Source of the DNA: Heteronotia binoei | Taxonomy: Eukaryota | Reading direction: 5' to 3' | DNA: 64,000 nt | Assembly (NCBI RefSeq): GCF_032191835.1 | Contig: NC_083230.1 | Coordinates: forward strand, 96,286,001-96,350,000 | Shown here: piece after piece, positions 34,400 through 47,762 of the stretch | How the letters are laid out: every line of letters begins with the position of its first letter | How positions within the stretch are numbered: the first letter of the stretch is position 1 | Translations under genes and position numbers: made by a program | The notes under the pieces: model-generated | Told to the model about the DNA's origin: nothing | Database searches by the model: none | The model's input: the letters and a program-made list of their open reading frames with translations, nothing else

Positions 34400-34860
34400 T
34401 TTAGTCTATTGCCACCCTTGTGATTTTGGAAACTTGAAGAATGGAAAGAATTTCAATAGATGAAAATGCATTGGTGTACTTCTTTTCATATGGTGAGGGG
34501 ACAGAGGTAGAGTTGTAGTTTACCATTAACTATTCCAAGAGATGAATCTTTTAATTTGAAGTGAACATAAGAAGAGCCCTGCTGGATCAGACCAGTGATC
34601 CATCTGGTTCAGCATCCTGTCTTGCACATGGGCCAACCAGTTCTTCTGGAGGGCCAACAATAGGGGATAGTGGCCAAGGCCTCCCTGGATGTTGACTCTC
34701 AGTCTGATATTTAGAAGTTTACTGCTGCTATATATGTAGGATCCCTTTAGTCAGCATGACTAGTAGACACTTATAGGCTTCTCCTTCATGGAATCTGTGT
34801 AATCCCTTTATAAAGCCATCTATGCTCATAGCCTTCATTATGTCCACTAGAAGTGAATAC

Positions 34861-35045
34861 GCCCTGACCTGGCTAGCCTGATCTTGTCAGAGCTAAGAAG
34901 CTAAGCAGGGTCAATTCTAATTAGGGTTTGGGAGACCCTACCAAGGAATTCCAGTGCCACTACACAGAGGCAGACAATGGCAAACCACCTCTAAACATCT
35001 GTGGCCTTAAAAACCCTATAGAGTCTCTATAAGTCAGCTGGCACT
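34861..35045 (+). mobile_element. 5S-derived SINE
   Basis: gcctgatcttgtcagagctaagaagctaagcagggtc...gggagacc, then caatggcaaaccacc...ctataagtc. Confidence 0.7.
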
Positions 35046-35059
35046 TCGTGCCCCCCGGA

Positions 35060-35360
35060 AAAAATGTGAATTGCACTCTTTAGTTATGCATTCAGTAAAT
35101 AAGTACTTTCTTTTGTCTCTCCTGAATCTATTGCCCATCAGCTTCCTGGACTGGCCAAAAGTTCTTGTATTATGGGAGAATGAGAATAAGTTCTCCATCC
35201 CATGCAACATTTTATAAACCTCTATCCTGTCCCCAGGATCATCTAGTTCAACCCCCTGCACAATGCAGGAAACTCACAAATACTTCCCCCTAAATTCACG
35301 GGATCTTCATTGCTGTCAGATGGCCATCTAGCCTCTTTAAAAACCTCCAAGGAAGGAGAT
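35060..35360 (-). mobile_element. CR1 fragments (ORF2 C-terminus and 3' region)
   Basis: GDRIEVYKML...SHNTRT...KRKYLFT on minus strand. Confidence 0.75.
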
Positions 35361-36053
35361 ATATTCATCTCTTTGTAAATGCACTTGACTTTCCCCATAA
35401 GAAAGATGTTTCAGCCCCTTAATGAAGTAGTTCTACATGTGGTCAGGAGATTTTTCAAGGCCTTCCGTGGATGTTAGCAGAGGAATGTGGAAGCATCACC
35501 TCTCTGTGCCAGGTGCCCCCACCTTCCTATCCTATCCCACATAGACAAACCTGGGAATCATGAAATAAAACAAATTGCTGAAACATTATCCATAAAATAT
35601 ACAGGCTTGTAGCATTAGCCATGAGGACTGGATCCCTGTAAAGTGTACCCACTTAACCTTCTTCTGAAGCTTCAGTCCCGGGCTCAGAGTACTCAAGGAG
35701 TGCAGGCACAGCATAAGGTCTGTAGATCAAGCAAAAAGTCCACCTATGAGAATCCTATTAGAACAGCATCACTCAAGGCCTGAACAGGGATTACTGTTTC
35801 TTCCTCTCCTATTATAAGAGTTGAGGGTAACATCCTTTTTGTACCCCTGATGTGTAAGCTTTATTGATGAATCTCTCTTGCAGAGGTCTTGTGTCAACAT
35901 TCCACTAATTCTTTTTCCTAGCTTGCATCTCATGGTCCCACTGGTATCTGATGAAGCAGGTGATATCCCACACCAGCTGATGCCCTGTAATTTTTAAGAA
36001 GGAATTCGTCTTAAAGATGCAGTTGGATTTTCCTAATGAGCCTGTAATGGGGA

Positions 36054-36228
36054 NNNNNNNNNNNNNNNNNNNNNNNNNNNNNNNNNNNNNNNNNNNNNNN
36101 NNNNNNNNNNNNNNNNNNNNNNNNNNNNNNNNNNNNNNNNNNNNNNNNNNNNNNNNNNNNNNNNNNNNNNNNNNNNNNNNNNNNNNNNNNNNNNNNNNNN
36201 NNNNNNNNNNNNNNNNNNNNNNNNNNNN
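36054..36228. other. Assembly gap (N run)
   Basis: 175 N. Confidence 1.
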
Positions 36229-36446
36229 TCACTCAATTACAGTTCACTTTCTGTGTCAACTCATGTTCCATAGAATCTGCAGAAGATTTGGGAGGGGCCC
36301 TGGAAGTGTCAGTTTGTTGGTGGGCTACCAAGCTTATGCTCCTGAGTGTTGTTGAATGGAATTGGCATCCTTACAAGAAGGCTTCAGGAGACAGTGAAAC
36401 CACTAGAGCAGCCAGTTCACATGCACAGCTGCTGAATGGATATAGC

Positions 36447-36617
36447 CAGGGATGGAATTCTAGCAGGAGCTCCTTTGCATATTAGGCCACACACCCCTGA
36501 TGCAGCCAATCCTCCAACAGTTTACAAGGCTCTTTTTTGTAAGCTCTTGGAGGATTGGCTACATCAGGGGTGTGTTGCCTAATATGCAAAGGAGCTCCTG
36601 CTAGAATTCCACTCCTG
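36447..36617. mobile_element. Palindromic hAT MITE (CAGGGGTGGAATTC subfamily)
   Basis: Perfect TSD gatatagc; internal arms shared with the CAGGGCTTTTT family. Confidence 0.88.
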
Positions 36618-36689
36618 GATATAGCCATACCAATACATATATAGCTCATAGCAGGTTCTGCTACCACTTGCAGCCATGTACCTGAATGG

Positions 36690-36900
36690 CTCTGAAGTCT
36701 GTTGCCTCCACCCGTGTTAAGGTCATCACTGCAAGTTGCCACTGTGGCACAGCCAATATTCAGTCCATGCAAAAGACTAGTCGGACCTTCTTTGGCCTCA
36801 CAGTTATCTCACTCGATCTAACAGCAATTGCCCTCCACTTGGTGGCCACACATTGCATGGAAGAATGGGCAGTGGTTGGCCTTGATTACTGATCTTCATA
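36690..36900 (+). pseudogene. Possible decayed Vingi/Ingi-type LINE C-terminus
   Basis: SCHCG..IQSMQ and GGHTLH...AV motifs loosely resemble the Vingi C-terminal zinc knuckle; weak. Confidence 0.25.
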
Positions 36901-37114
36901 TGGAGGAATCTCCCCTCCCCCCAATGAGTTTTCAAGGGTTCCCCCAGAAGGTTACTCTTCTACAGAGATGGCCAGGAGCAGGTGGCCAATGGAAGATCGG
37001 ATGGACAGAGTGAAATATCAGAGCTTGTAGTGAACAGGAATCAAGCAAAAGGCTGTAGCATTGGCAGGAAAGTTAAGAGAGATGTTTGGAAAATTGGGGG
37101 CGGGGGAAGTATAG

Positions 37115-37330
37115 TAAGAAGTTCTAGAACTTGGTCCAGCAGGTCCTCCTGACCCAGTCCGGAATATTTACAAGGAACGGCACTGTGTTCTTAGAGCCAG
37201 TGGATCATCTGATTTTCTCATTCAATAAATCAGCCTCTTCACCTCCATATGCCATTTCTGGTTGCATCAAAACCCCAGCAGTTCTCTTCTGCAGCCGGCT
37301 GTCAAAAAATCACAAGATCTAGTGCCTGTT
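37115..37330 (-). mobile_element. Old CR1 3' UTR fragment
   Basis: ttggtccagcaggtcctcctgacccagtcc...ggatcatctg pattern. Confidence 0.45.
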
Positions 37331-39369
37331 CCTCCCACCCACATTCCCAGGGGTTGAACCCTACCTCTAAAGCATAATCTGCAGCTGTCAAGTACATTAT
37401 CAAAAGTGGAAGTGAAGGAAAAGAACCTTTTGCTTTTTGAACTGAGGAATGCAGGGTCAGGAATCAGCTCCTGATGACCGATGATAAATGACAGACCGGT
37501 GTGCTAAAATGCTTTGGGATATGCTGCTCATGTAAACATGGTTGTTTGTTCAGGAAGCAAATGCAACTTTGGATGTCCTTTGTCATGTCTTACAAAGGGT
37601 TCAATGACCTAGCCTTTGAATCCCTGACCCACCTTCAACTGCAGTTTCCTCCATGTGAATGAGCATGTGTTGTGCAATGGGGTGTATCAGTAGTGCAGAG
37701 CGCGGCGTTCCTTGTTCTCCACAATGAGATGAATGCCCTTGGAGAAGATCCCAGGAGCAGGTACCTATGTGCTGCTTAGTGATCAAATTGACAGCAGGAA
37801 CAGGCAGTTTCTCTCCAAAGAGAGAAATTCTACCTTTGCTTCACTCACCTCCATTTTGAAAATAAGGTCAGGCACAGAACGCAGGAGGCAAGGTGAAGTC
37901 AGGTAACTGGTTGCACAGAGCGATGGAGAAAACTGCACAAATGCTTGCGTTTTCCTCTGTTGCTTTGAAGCATTTGGTGGCTGTGGACCATGGTTAATGC
38001 CAACATACCCAGTCCCCTGGGGTGACACCCGATGCTTTTAAGATGGAAAAAGTCCACGGTTCAGGCTTTGTTGTGGAAGCAGCAGACACAGTCTTCAATA
38101 TCTGGTAGATCCGAGGCAAAACTGGGACTAGTACTAGCAAAACATTCATCTTACTCATGCTATACTTTTGCGTCCAACATCTATCATGTCCTTTGAATAG
38201 CTGGTCTTGAAAGCTGTTTGAACCTTGATTCATAGTACTGGGACTCCGTTAGCAAGCACACTGCTGCAGAAGACTGTAAAACACAGTAATTCTTGCACTT
38301 GCATGACACGGACTGGCCTTCTGTTTTACAGGGAAAGTTCCTAGTTGGCTGTTGCCTTGGAGGCCTCTGGTGCCCAGGTACAAGTAGAGCCAAGCCCCAG
38401 CAACTCTGCCATTGCCACAAGGACCACTTGGCTTACCATGCCCAGTGGTAATGATAAGTGGTGGATTGGATCATAAGGGGCTGGGAAATTCCTGGAGATT
38501 TCGGGAGTAGAGCCTAGGAAGGTCATGTCAGGATTTGTGAAGGAGAGGGATCATAGCAGGATCAAATGCCATAGAGTCTGCTCTCTCGTAATTCCAGAAG
38601 ATCTTGCAAAATACCTTGCAAAACAGCTGTAAACATGTGCTTGTCACATGCATGCGTTAAGGGCAGGGTTGGCCAAATTGCCACACATATTGTGCGGCTC
38701 CTGGAGGTTGAGGAAAAACTTAATGCAGGCTTATTCTCAAGTAAGCATGCATAGCATTAAGACCTCAGTCAGCCTCTGAGTGTTGACCCATAGGTAGGTG
38801 ACTGTTTCCACCGTGTGTGAAGAGGGAAGGAGGGAGAAATAGGCCGGCTTGCTAGCTCAGTTGTTGCTGGAACCTAGAGCAGGGAAAAAGAGTGCAAGAG
38901 CCGAGGGAGCCATTGGAAGGAGGGGTGGAATTAAAGAGGCACAGGATTCCCCAGTAGTTTCATAGCTCTTGTAGGAGCTGTATTTACTAACCTTGGTGTT
39001 GCAGAAAATAGAGCACATAACAATGCAAATGGTGATCAGTGATTTATATGGTGCATGTGTGTTCCCTTCTCTTGAATTCCCTAACCTTTCCCTATGCTGG
39101 TCTTATGGGGATCGTTATTCCCAGTTTTTGTCTCCTTCTAGCATGGTTGTGTTGTAAAGTGCATACATATGTATTTTATCTTCCTGTGCAAAGAAAATGT
39201 ATTAAGAGTTTTAATCTAAAACTTGTAATATTTGTTCATGTCTTGCGGCTCTCAAATATCTCAGCCATAAGGACAGTGACGGTTGCCAGACTGGCACCTC
39301 ATTCTGCCACCCCTCTGGGCTACTCCCTCCCCACTGTACTGGAATAGTAGAATTGAGAAGAAGCCATCG

Positions 39370-39520
39370 GGGAGACCATAAGATGTAATATTTTATTCTG
39401 AATGTTTTCTATGTTTTTAAACCAATATGTTTTTATTGTTTTACATTGCCCAGAGCCTGGCTTTGGCCGGGATGGGGTGATCCATTAAATCTAATAAATC
39501 ATCATAAATAATAATAATAT
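39370..39520 (+). mobile_element. L2 3' end fragment
   Basis: T-rich UTR, then gcccagagcc...gggatggggtg...taaatctaataaat and (AAT)n tail. Confidence 0.55.
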
Positions 39521-40717
39521 CTGATTCTATGCAGCTCTCAGGCTGTGCACCCCTGTATTGGGGTGTATTCCTAACATATTTTAGATATAACAACTCTTAT
39601 TCAAGATGATATTTGATTTGTTTATATCTGGGATTCCTGATCCCAGACAATATTCTACTGTTCTTCTGTCATGGAAGCAAGACCCCCAGAGATCTTCTAG
39701 CCGGACACTGCCCAGATAAAAATCAGCTCAGTTTCAGCATGTCATAGGCTTCTATATACTACAGCCAGGTCTCCTCTCTTGCAGCAAAAATGCGTAGCCA
39801 ACTGAAAATCCCTCACTTCTTCTGTCTTTTCATAAAAACCACTTTAAAAACGTGCAGTGAAACATTTAACTTGTCAAGTAAATAAGGTATATTGAATGGA
39901 AAATTGCTCTGTGTTGCAGTTTGGTGATTATTCCATGCCATGCCAAATAATTTATTGGCAAGATGCAATTTCCCTGAAAGGGGGAAAAAATTCCTTTCAG
40001 CTCCACCTTGAAGAATGGAAAGTACTTTCACTGAAAAAGGAAAAATGGCACTTACGGTCAATTTTTGTGTGATTTTTTTTTTCTGAGGGGGAGGAACATT
40101 ATGCTCAGATAATGTTGGCCTTTTCCCAGTTCCCAGGATGAAATTCTACTAACTATTGAAAGGGGGGAAAAGGAGACACTTCTGATATAACATCAAAGTA
40201 AATGTGTGATGTCTTTGTACCTCAATTTATATAGAAGTCCTACAGTGAAATCCTAAAAGAATTACAGCCTTCTGAATTAGGGTTGCTATGTTTCTCCTGG
40301 CCATCAGGATGTGAGGACTGGTTTGCCACCTCCAGGCTGTGAAACTCCTGGAGAGTTGGGGTGGAGCTGGGGAGGACAGAGACCTCAGTGGGGTACAATG
40401 CCATAGACTCCATTCTCAAAAAAGTCCATTTTCTCTAAGTGAACTGATCTGAATTACAACTGATTTCAAGATCCCAGGTCCCACCTGGTGGCTGGCATTC
40501 CTATTCTAAATCCATAGAAGTTTAGAATGGTATAATTCTGTGTAGGATTGCACTAATTTCCATATGATATAATCTTTAAAGTAAATCTGACTTCATGCAT
40601 TACTCCTGTTTTATATTGCTGTTAACATGGTAAAATGCTAGATCTTGGAGACCAGGGTTTGAATCCCCAGTCTTTCAGGGAAGCTCACAGTCACCTGAAG
40701 CTGGTCACACTCTCTCA

Positions 40718-40978
40718 GACCAATTCCCCACTAGCCTTGTTCTGATCTCATACTCCTCTTCTCCACGGCGCTGTCTGATCTTGCACAAGCTGTCACGGGG
40801 CTGTGACTTGCCCCGCCTCTTTCCCATGGCAAGCAGAAACCAGTTTTCAGAGGATCTTGCTTGCAGCGGGAAAGAGGCAGGGCAAGTCACAGTCCCATGG
40901 CAACTTGTGCGAAATTGGACAGAAGCACCACGGAGCAGAGGAGCTTGAGACTGGGACAAGGCTAGTGGGGAATCGGCC
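40718..40978. mobile_element. PIF/Harbinger-like MITE inserted in a MIR-like SINE (about 40615-41085)
   Basis: TIR gaccaattccccactagcc / ggctagtggggaatcggcc; 3-bp TSD tca. Confidence 0.8.
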
Positions 40979-41499
40979 TCAGTCTAACCTCCACACAGAG
41001 GTGTTATTGGGAGGATAACATGGAGGGGGGGACAACATTGTAAGCTACTTTGGGCCTCCATTGGAGAGAAACCAGAGTATAAATCTCTAAATTAAAACTG
41101 GCTGATTTTTAAGGTGCTAGAATGCTTTGTTCCTCTCCTTTATGAGTGCAGAAGTGGAATGGGAAGATGGTGCTCATAGAATCACAGGGTTGGAAGGAAC
41201 CTCCCTAAACCCTGCCCTCTCCCAGTTCCAACCCCAAAGTCTCTGGGTATTTTCTAACACATATTTGGCAACCCTATGTCATGTGGTCATGTCATATGGC
41301 TTGAACATCCCATTGCACATTTCCTCCTACAGAGGCAGTGATTATGTTGGGTTATGTTAGCCAGGATCCAAAATGCAACAAGACATAGCTTGCATTCTCT
41401 GCAGAGGCTCCATTGGCTGCTTATTTGTCACCAAGCTCTGTTTAAGGTATTGGCTATCTCACAGAAAGCCCTTCATGGCCTTGGACCCTCTTACTTGTG

Positions 41500-41710
41500 G
41501 GACCCCCTCTCTTCCTTCGTTCTGCTCTAGCCATTTCATTCAGGTCGGCAGGAGCTTTTGCAGGTGCCAAACTGCAAATGGGCAAAATGAAAAACTCCCT
41601 GTGCACACGTGCTTTCTTCATTGCGGCTCTTGCCTTGTGGAATGGCCTGCTCGAAGAGTTCTGGAAAGCTAGCTCTCTCCTGGCCTTCAACAACCATCTT
41701 CATAATTATG
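41500..41710 (+). pseudogene. Decayed L2 ORF2 C-terminal fragment
   Basis: SFRSAG...TRAFFIAALALWNGLLEE...SLLAF, matching RAFSVMAPVWWNQLPEE of the intact L2. Confidence 0.65.
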
Positions 41711-42353
41711 ATGTGTTTCAGTTTCTTTCTGGTGGGTCCAGACTTCTAGAATCCTGATGCACTGGTTATCAAATGTCCCACTTTGATGACTGTACTGACT
41801 CACTATGTGCAATCCTCCCTGAGTCCCTGTGAGAAAGGTAGACTATAAATAATGTAATCTTTTTTAAAAAAAATGAATAAAAATGCCCTAAGATAATTCT
41901 GCCAAACAGAACTTAGTGTGATAGATGTAGTCAATGGCTGTGGTTCATAATTTTTGAAGCAAAACTTTGCAGTCTCAAGTAAAGTAATGGGTTTCAGAAT
42001 TGTTGCTGCAGACTTATACTCCCACATGCACAAAAGCAGCAGCACATAGTTACGTAATGGAACTAATTGCATAGAGTGGACAAGGAGCTCCGTCAAGGCC
42101 AGATCCTTACACATCTGCCACTTGCCTCACTTGCCACTTGCCGATGAAGAGCATTAATACTAGTAATTCCAAGTAATAATTTGGAAAATCCCAATCCTAT
42201 GAAAAAGACATATCTATTTTTATAGTTAAGTGTCCCATCCACATCACCTTTATGTGAGGCAAAAAAATCTGCAGAAATTAAAGCTATATTTTAATTGTTG
42301 GTCACCCAAGGGAACTGGTTGGCCACTGTGTGAGACAGAATGCTGGGCTTGAG

Positions 42354-42499
42354 CAGGGCCAGCCCTAGACTGTCTGGCATCCTAGGCAAGGCAGACTTCT
42401 GCCCCCCCCCAATGATAACATCACCAAATCACATAGGGGACACCCAATTCCAGCGCCCTAGGCAATCACCTAGTTTCCCTAGTGGCAGGGCCGACCCTG
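42354..42499. mobile_element. Tip100-like hAT MITE (CAGGGCCGGCCC TIR) inside a CR1 3' UTR (about 42300-42545)
   Basis: TIRs cagggccagccc / gggccgaccctg; TSD ggcttgag/gactcgag. Confidence 0.7.
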
Positions 42500-42949
42500 G
42501 ACTCGAGGGACTGTTGGTCTGATCCAGCAGAGCTCTTATGTTCTTAATCCTATCCTCCCTTCATGGTTCTCAGGGGATCATACAGGGTCTGACCCCCATT
42601 TTACCTTTACAACCATCCTATGAAGCATTTTAGGCTGAGAGACAAACTGGTTAAATATCATTCAGTGAGTTCCAGGGTTGCACTGAAGTTTTCAACCCAG
42701 GTCTTCCGGGGCCAAGTCCAACACACTATTTGTCATCCAATGTGGCTGTCCTGAAATACAAGGGAAGGTGTTGGCGCATTCCGAATATAAATGAATCCAG
42801 TCACAATGCATGAAGTGGGCCTGGTGACTCTTCATCACTTGCATACTTCGATTTCCCAGTTTGGAGGTACAGTCCTTCAAGTTATTGCAGAAAAAAATAA
42901 CTGCAAAATAGCACCTTTACTGACAATGCAAAGTAGATGGAGACAATTC

Positions 42950-43150
42950 ATGGAAACAAGAACCTGCCTTATATTGAATCAGACCACCCAGGTCACTATT
43001 GTCTACTGAAGACCAGCCAAGGCTCTCCAGAATTTCAGCTGAGGTCTTTCACATCACCTATCAACAGATTCTTTTAACTGGATATGCCAGGGGTTGAACC
43101 TGGGACCTTCTGCAGGACAAGCAGATGCTCTGCTACTGAGCCACAGCCCA
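42950..43150 (-). mobile_element. tRNA SINE with CR1-type tail (Squam2-like)
   Basis: Homologous to the 58120 copy. Confidence 0.65.
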
Positions 43151-43320
43151 TCTCCACGCCAGAATTCTTGTGGTGGAAACTGCCATCAAGTTGCAGCTGA
43201 TCTTTGGCAACCCCATAGGGTTTTCAAGGAAACAGACAGACAGAAGCAGTTTGCCATTGCCTGCCTCTGTGTAGCAACCCTGGACTTCCTTCAGGGGTCT
43301 CCCATCCAAGTACTGCATAG

Positions 43321-44145
43321 CAGTATTCCTTCTAAACTGTAGTCATGTGAGCAAAAATTCTATTTTGTGAGCTACTATCATTAAATTTGTGAGCTACTGC
43401 ATAAATTAGCTTGCTCAGGAGCCATTTTTTCCTGAGCTCCAGGGATGTCAAACATGTGGCCCAAGGGCCAAATCAGGCCCCCCGGAGAGCTCCTATCGGG
43501 CCCACGAGCAACTCACTGTCATCTACTTCCTTCTCTCTCTCTTGCTTCCTTCTGCATCACAGCCTACTTTGCCAGGCTTGCTCATTTGTGAAGCAGCTAT
43601 AGAGCAAAGCCTCTGTTTTCTCCATTGGCTGACCTGCACATGAAGCAACATGTACAAAAGCTCACAATGCTGAGCCATTTCATATTTTCTCCTCAGACTT
43701 AGGCTCAAAGAACTGACCACAAGATTTCTGTAATGAATGCCAATAAATCAAAAGTAGCTTTGCAACTTACAGACACACACCTGGAAAACACCTGAACAGC
43801 ATACTCAAGATTGCTACAGCACAGACATTGTCTCCAGATTTTGATGTAATAATTCAGAGCAAAAGGTGTCAGCTATCAGAAACTGTTAAACAAAATATTT
43901 TAAGCATATTTTATTTTAAAAAAAAAATATTTGTGTTTTTCTGTGTCCTTTATAAAGCTTATATCTACACTACCTGGCATTACATTTTATGACACACATG
44001 GCCCAGTCCAATAATATCTCATTTATGTCAGATCTGGCTCTCATAACAAATCAGTTCGACACCCCTGGTTAAGACTAAAATGTGTGAGCCAGAGGCTAAA
44101 AAACTGTGCGCTAGCTCACACTAACTCAGCTTAGAGGGAACACTG
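43321..44145. mobile_element. hAT MITE (CAGTGTTCCCTCTAAG TIR) with nested Charlie-type MITE (43440-44067)
   Basis: Perfect TSD ctgcatag; homologous uninterrupted copy at 48969-49165. Confidence 0.8.
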
Positions 44146-44154
44146 CTGCATAGA

Positions 44155-44960
44155 TAGGGTTGCCAATCCCCAGTTGGGGGCAGGGGATCCCCCAGTTTGG
44201 AGGCCCTTCCCCCACTTCAGGGTCATCAGAAAGCAGGGAGGGGAGGAGAGGAAAATGTCTGCTGGGCGCTCCATTATTCCTTATGAAGATCGATTCCCTA
44301 GGAGATAATGGAGAATTTATCCACAGATATCTGGGGCTCTGGGGTAGAGGTAGAGGCACTAAATTTTTAATATAACATCCAGTGCCTCTCCCCAAAATGC
44401 CCACCAAGTTTCAAAAGGATTGGACCAGGGGGTCCAATTCTATGAGCCTCCAAAGAAGGTGCCCCTATCCTTCATTATTTCCAATGGAGGGAAGGCATTT
44501 AAAAGCGGTCCCTTTAAATGTGATGGCCAGAATGCTCTTTGGAATTCAGTTATGCCTGTCACAGGAGCTCCGTGGCGCAGAGTGGTAAAGCTGCAGTACT
44601 GCAGTCAGAGCCCTCAGCTCACGACCTGAATTCAATTCCAGCGGAAACTGACTCAGGTAGCTGGCTCAAGGTTGACTCAGCCTTCCATCCTTCTGAGGTC
44701 GGTAAAACGAGAACCCAGCTTGCTGAGGGGGTGAAGTGTAGATGATTGGGGAAGGCAATGGCAAACCACCCCATAAAAAAGTCTGCCGTGAAAAAAGTCG
44801 TGATGCAATGTCACCCGAGTCGAAAACGACTGCTGCTTGCACAGGGGACCTTTCCTTTTTCTTATGCTTGTCACACCCTTGCTCCTGGCTCCACCCCAGT
44901 GTCTCCTGGCTCCACCTCCAAAGTTCCCAGATATTTCTTGAATTGGACTTGGCAACCCTA
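44155..44960. mobile_element. TAGGGTTGCCAA-family MITE with nested Sauria SINE
   Basis: TIRs; TSD tgcataga/tgcatagg. Confidence 0.85.
44564..44861 (+). mobile_element. Sauria SINE (Bov-B partner)
   Basis: tRNA-like head gtggcgcagagtggtaaagctgcagtactgcag; core aaggttgactcagccttccatcc; acctttcctttt tail; 14-bp TSD ttatgc(c/t)tgtcaca. Confidence 0.88.
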
Positions 44961-45959
44961 TGCATAGGGCTGGCCCTGCTTAACTTCCATGATCTGAGGA
45001 GATCCGGGTAGCCTGGGCCTTCCAGGTAGCAGTGCCAGGATTCCAAGAACTATACTTTCCCCTTCCATAATGTGGATTTCCTTCCATTCCAGGCACCCAA
45101 GACAATGAAATGTAAAGTCAGCAACAGAGAACTGCAAGTAGCAGGACAATTAATCTGCAATCAATGACACGTATAGGACCAGAAAGCTTAGATGATTCTA
45201 CGAAATGAGAGCATGGGATTTTGAAATGTCTGTTAGCTGGCACTTTTCAATATCATATTTATTGAAGAAGAAGAACAAACCCAAGCATCCGTGTCTATTC
45301 ATCCATTCTGTCTGAATGAGACACAGCAGGAGAGCATCAGTGACACTTAAAAGGTGCCAACAGGCCAGGAGAAAAATATTCTCTCCCTTTAATGGAGGCT
45401 CAGTGTGTGGAAATGGACAGCTGAAGCTTTTCATGGCATGGAGGTAAATCATTTTACCTGGTTAATCCCATCCCAGACCATCAAGTCTATATTAAAGGGG
45501 CAGAACATTTTTCTGCAGGCCTTTTGACAGCCCTAGCTACAGAGATGGTTCATAAACACTGAGCTCGGCAAGGAAAAGAAGACATTTGAGCAGTTTTGGT
45601 GGGCAGGTCGGTCAGCAACAGTTAAATGCCCCTGGTAAAACACAGTATATTTTAAGAGCATTCTCTTTAAATATACTTCTTAGCAACACTAGCAATGTTT
45701 ATATTGCTGACTGTTGAATGGTTTAAAACAGTAGTATAGATAAAAAAATATTGGTCTACCTGAGGTTTTGCAGCATGTGGCTGGTTAGACCTGTTCCTAG
45801 AGTTCTTCTGAAATCATGCCCCTGCTAGAAACACTCTATTAAAGGAGTGTCAAACATAAGGCCCAGGGGCCAGAACCAGCCTGTCCGGGGCTCCTATCCA
45901 GCCCTTGAGCAACTGATGTGAGGAAGGGAACAGGATGCTGCTGGGGGCAAATGGGTGGA

Positions 45960-46150
45960 GTCAGGGCTTTTTTTTTAAACAAAAAGCAGGAATGCACAGG
46001 AACGCAGTTCCAGCTGGCTTGGTGTGTGGTTTAATATGCAAATGAGTTCTGTTGGGCTTTTTCTAAAAAAAAAAAGCCCTGTGGAAAACAATGGTGACAA
46101 CAGGGGATGTGGCCCATTATAGAAATGAGTTCCTGCTGGGCTCTTTCTAC
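45960..46150. mobile_element. CAGGGCTTTTT-family MITE, extended variant
   Basis: Same architecture as the 17100 copy. Confidence 0.7.
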
Positions 46151-46698
46151 TCCAATTGTGGCATCATCATGGCAGAACAATGTTGTCTGCAGCAGTAACG
46201 CAGAACCCCCTTGCTTCAGTGGCAGCCTCACTGGTAAATTGGGAGCCACTGCAGCCACATTCATGCCAGGTCAGGGTTCCAAGGCAAAGTTGCTCCTTTT
46301 CTGCTTGACATACAGCTCTGGGGATGATGTTCCAGATCACTACAGGGATTGGCATTTGCACATGGGGGAGTACAGACAGTCCTCCACTGGGGCTTGCCAG
46401 CGGTCATCACTGCTGTTGTATTGGTGCCCCCCATATGGTAGCTGTGCTTTGGCTCATGGGACAGTTCTTTGGCAGTTTCTTCCACACATCAGAAGCCTAG
46501 TCCTGCCACTGAGCATGTAACCTGGTGGCTGGACCTTCCTCTTGCATAGACCAGTGGGGGACAGTGCTGGTAATCTCTGGCTATGCTAGTTGTTGCATGG
46601 CCTGGGGCCTCTCCCACATGCATGGTCTTGTGTGTGGGCTGCCTGCTCCTCCATCAGATGATCCAGCCTCATGGGAGAGGTATGGTTTGCTGATGATC

Positions 46699-47156
46699 TA
46701 GGATTGCCAATCCCCAGTTGGGGGCAGAGGATCCATCTCCCAGCTTGGAGGCCCTCCCTCCAGGGTTATCAGAAAGATGGTGGGGGAAGGAAATGTCTGC
46801 TGGGCACTCCATTATTCCCTATGGAGACCAGTTTCCGTAGGGTATAATGGAGAATTGATATGTGGGTATCTGGGGCTCTGGAGGGGCTGTTTTTTGAGGC
46901 AGAGGCTCCAAATTTTCAGCATAGCATTTGGTGCCTCTCCTCAAAACTCCCCCTTCAAGTTTCTAAAAGATTGTACCAGGGAGTCCAATTTTATGGCCCC
47001 CAAATTGGTGCCCCTATCCTCCATTATTTCCAAAAGGTGCACAGTCCTTTTAAATGTGAAAGCCAGAACTCTCTTTGGAGCTCAATCATGCTTGTCACAA
47101 CCTTGCTCTACCCCCAAAGTCCCCAGATATTTCCTGAGTTGGACCTAGCAACCCTA
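46699..47156. mobile_element. TAGGGTTGCCAA-family MITE
   Basis: Perfect TSD tgatgatc. Confidence 0.85.
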
Positions 47157-47491
47157 TGATGATCTCTGCTTTAACACCTAGCTTCACCCACCATGGATCA
47201 TCTGGTGGCCTTGGCTGGAGGCAGTGGCTGCTGCACAGGCATCTCCAGTTTATTGGGTTTTACTTGGCCTTGGTCTGGCCATGCATGTGGCCTCAGACCT
47301 GGGCCACTGCCCTATGCCTCCTGGGGGTGGGGGGGCTAGTTCAGCATCTTTCCAGTCCCCTTCCGTGGTGGCTCAGGGGCAGGGAGGAGTTCATAACACC
47401 CAGCTGCTTCGTGTTTTTACTTTAGGGCCCAGCCTTACAGCACTGGTGGTGGGAGCAGGCTAGGGACTGCCCCCCCCCTGCAGGCAATACT

Positions 47492-47677
47492 CAGGACTTT
47501 TTTTTTTTGCAGCAGGAACTCCATTGCATATTAAGCCACACACCCCTGATGTAACCAATCCTCCGAGACCATACAGGGCTCTTAGTACAGGGCCTACTGT
47601 AAGTTCCAGGAGGACTGGCTACATCAGGGGTGTGTGGCCTAATATGCAAAGGAGTTCCTGCTACAAAAAAAGCCCTG
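47492..47677. mobile_element. Palindromic CAGGGCTTTTT-family MITE
   Basis: Homologous to the 6795 copy. Confidence 0.85.
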
Positions 47678-47762
47678 GCAGTGCCCATGGGGCCTTGCAG
47701 TGAAGAGACACCAACTCAGAGTTTACCAGCTGCTGTCCTTTAAAAAGTTTATATCTCTGGTA

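Larger units (their letters stand above)
43180..45030 (-). mobile_element. 5S-derived SINE split by stacked insertions
   Basis: ...ggtctcccatccaagtac|tgcatagg|gctggccctgcttaacttcc... rejoins across 43320/44961. Confidence 0.75.
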
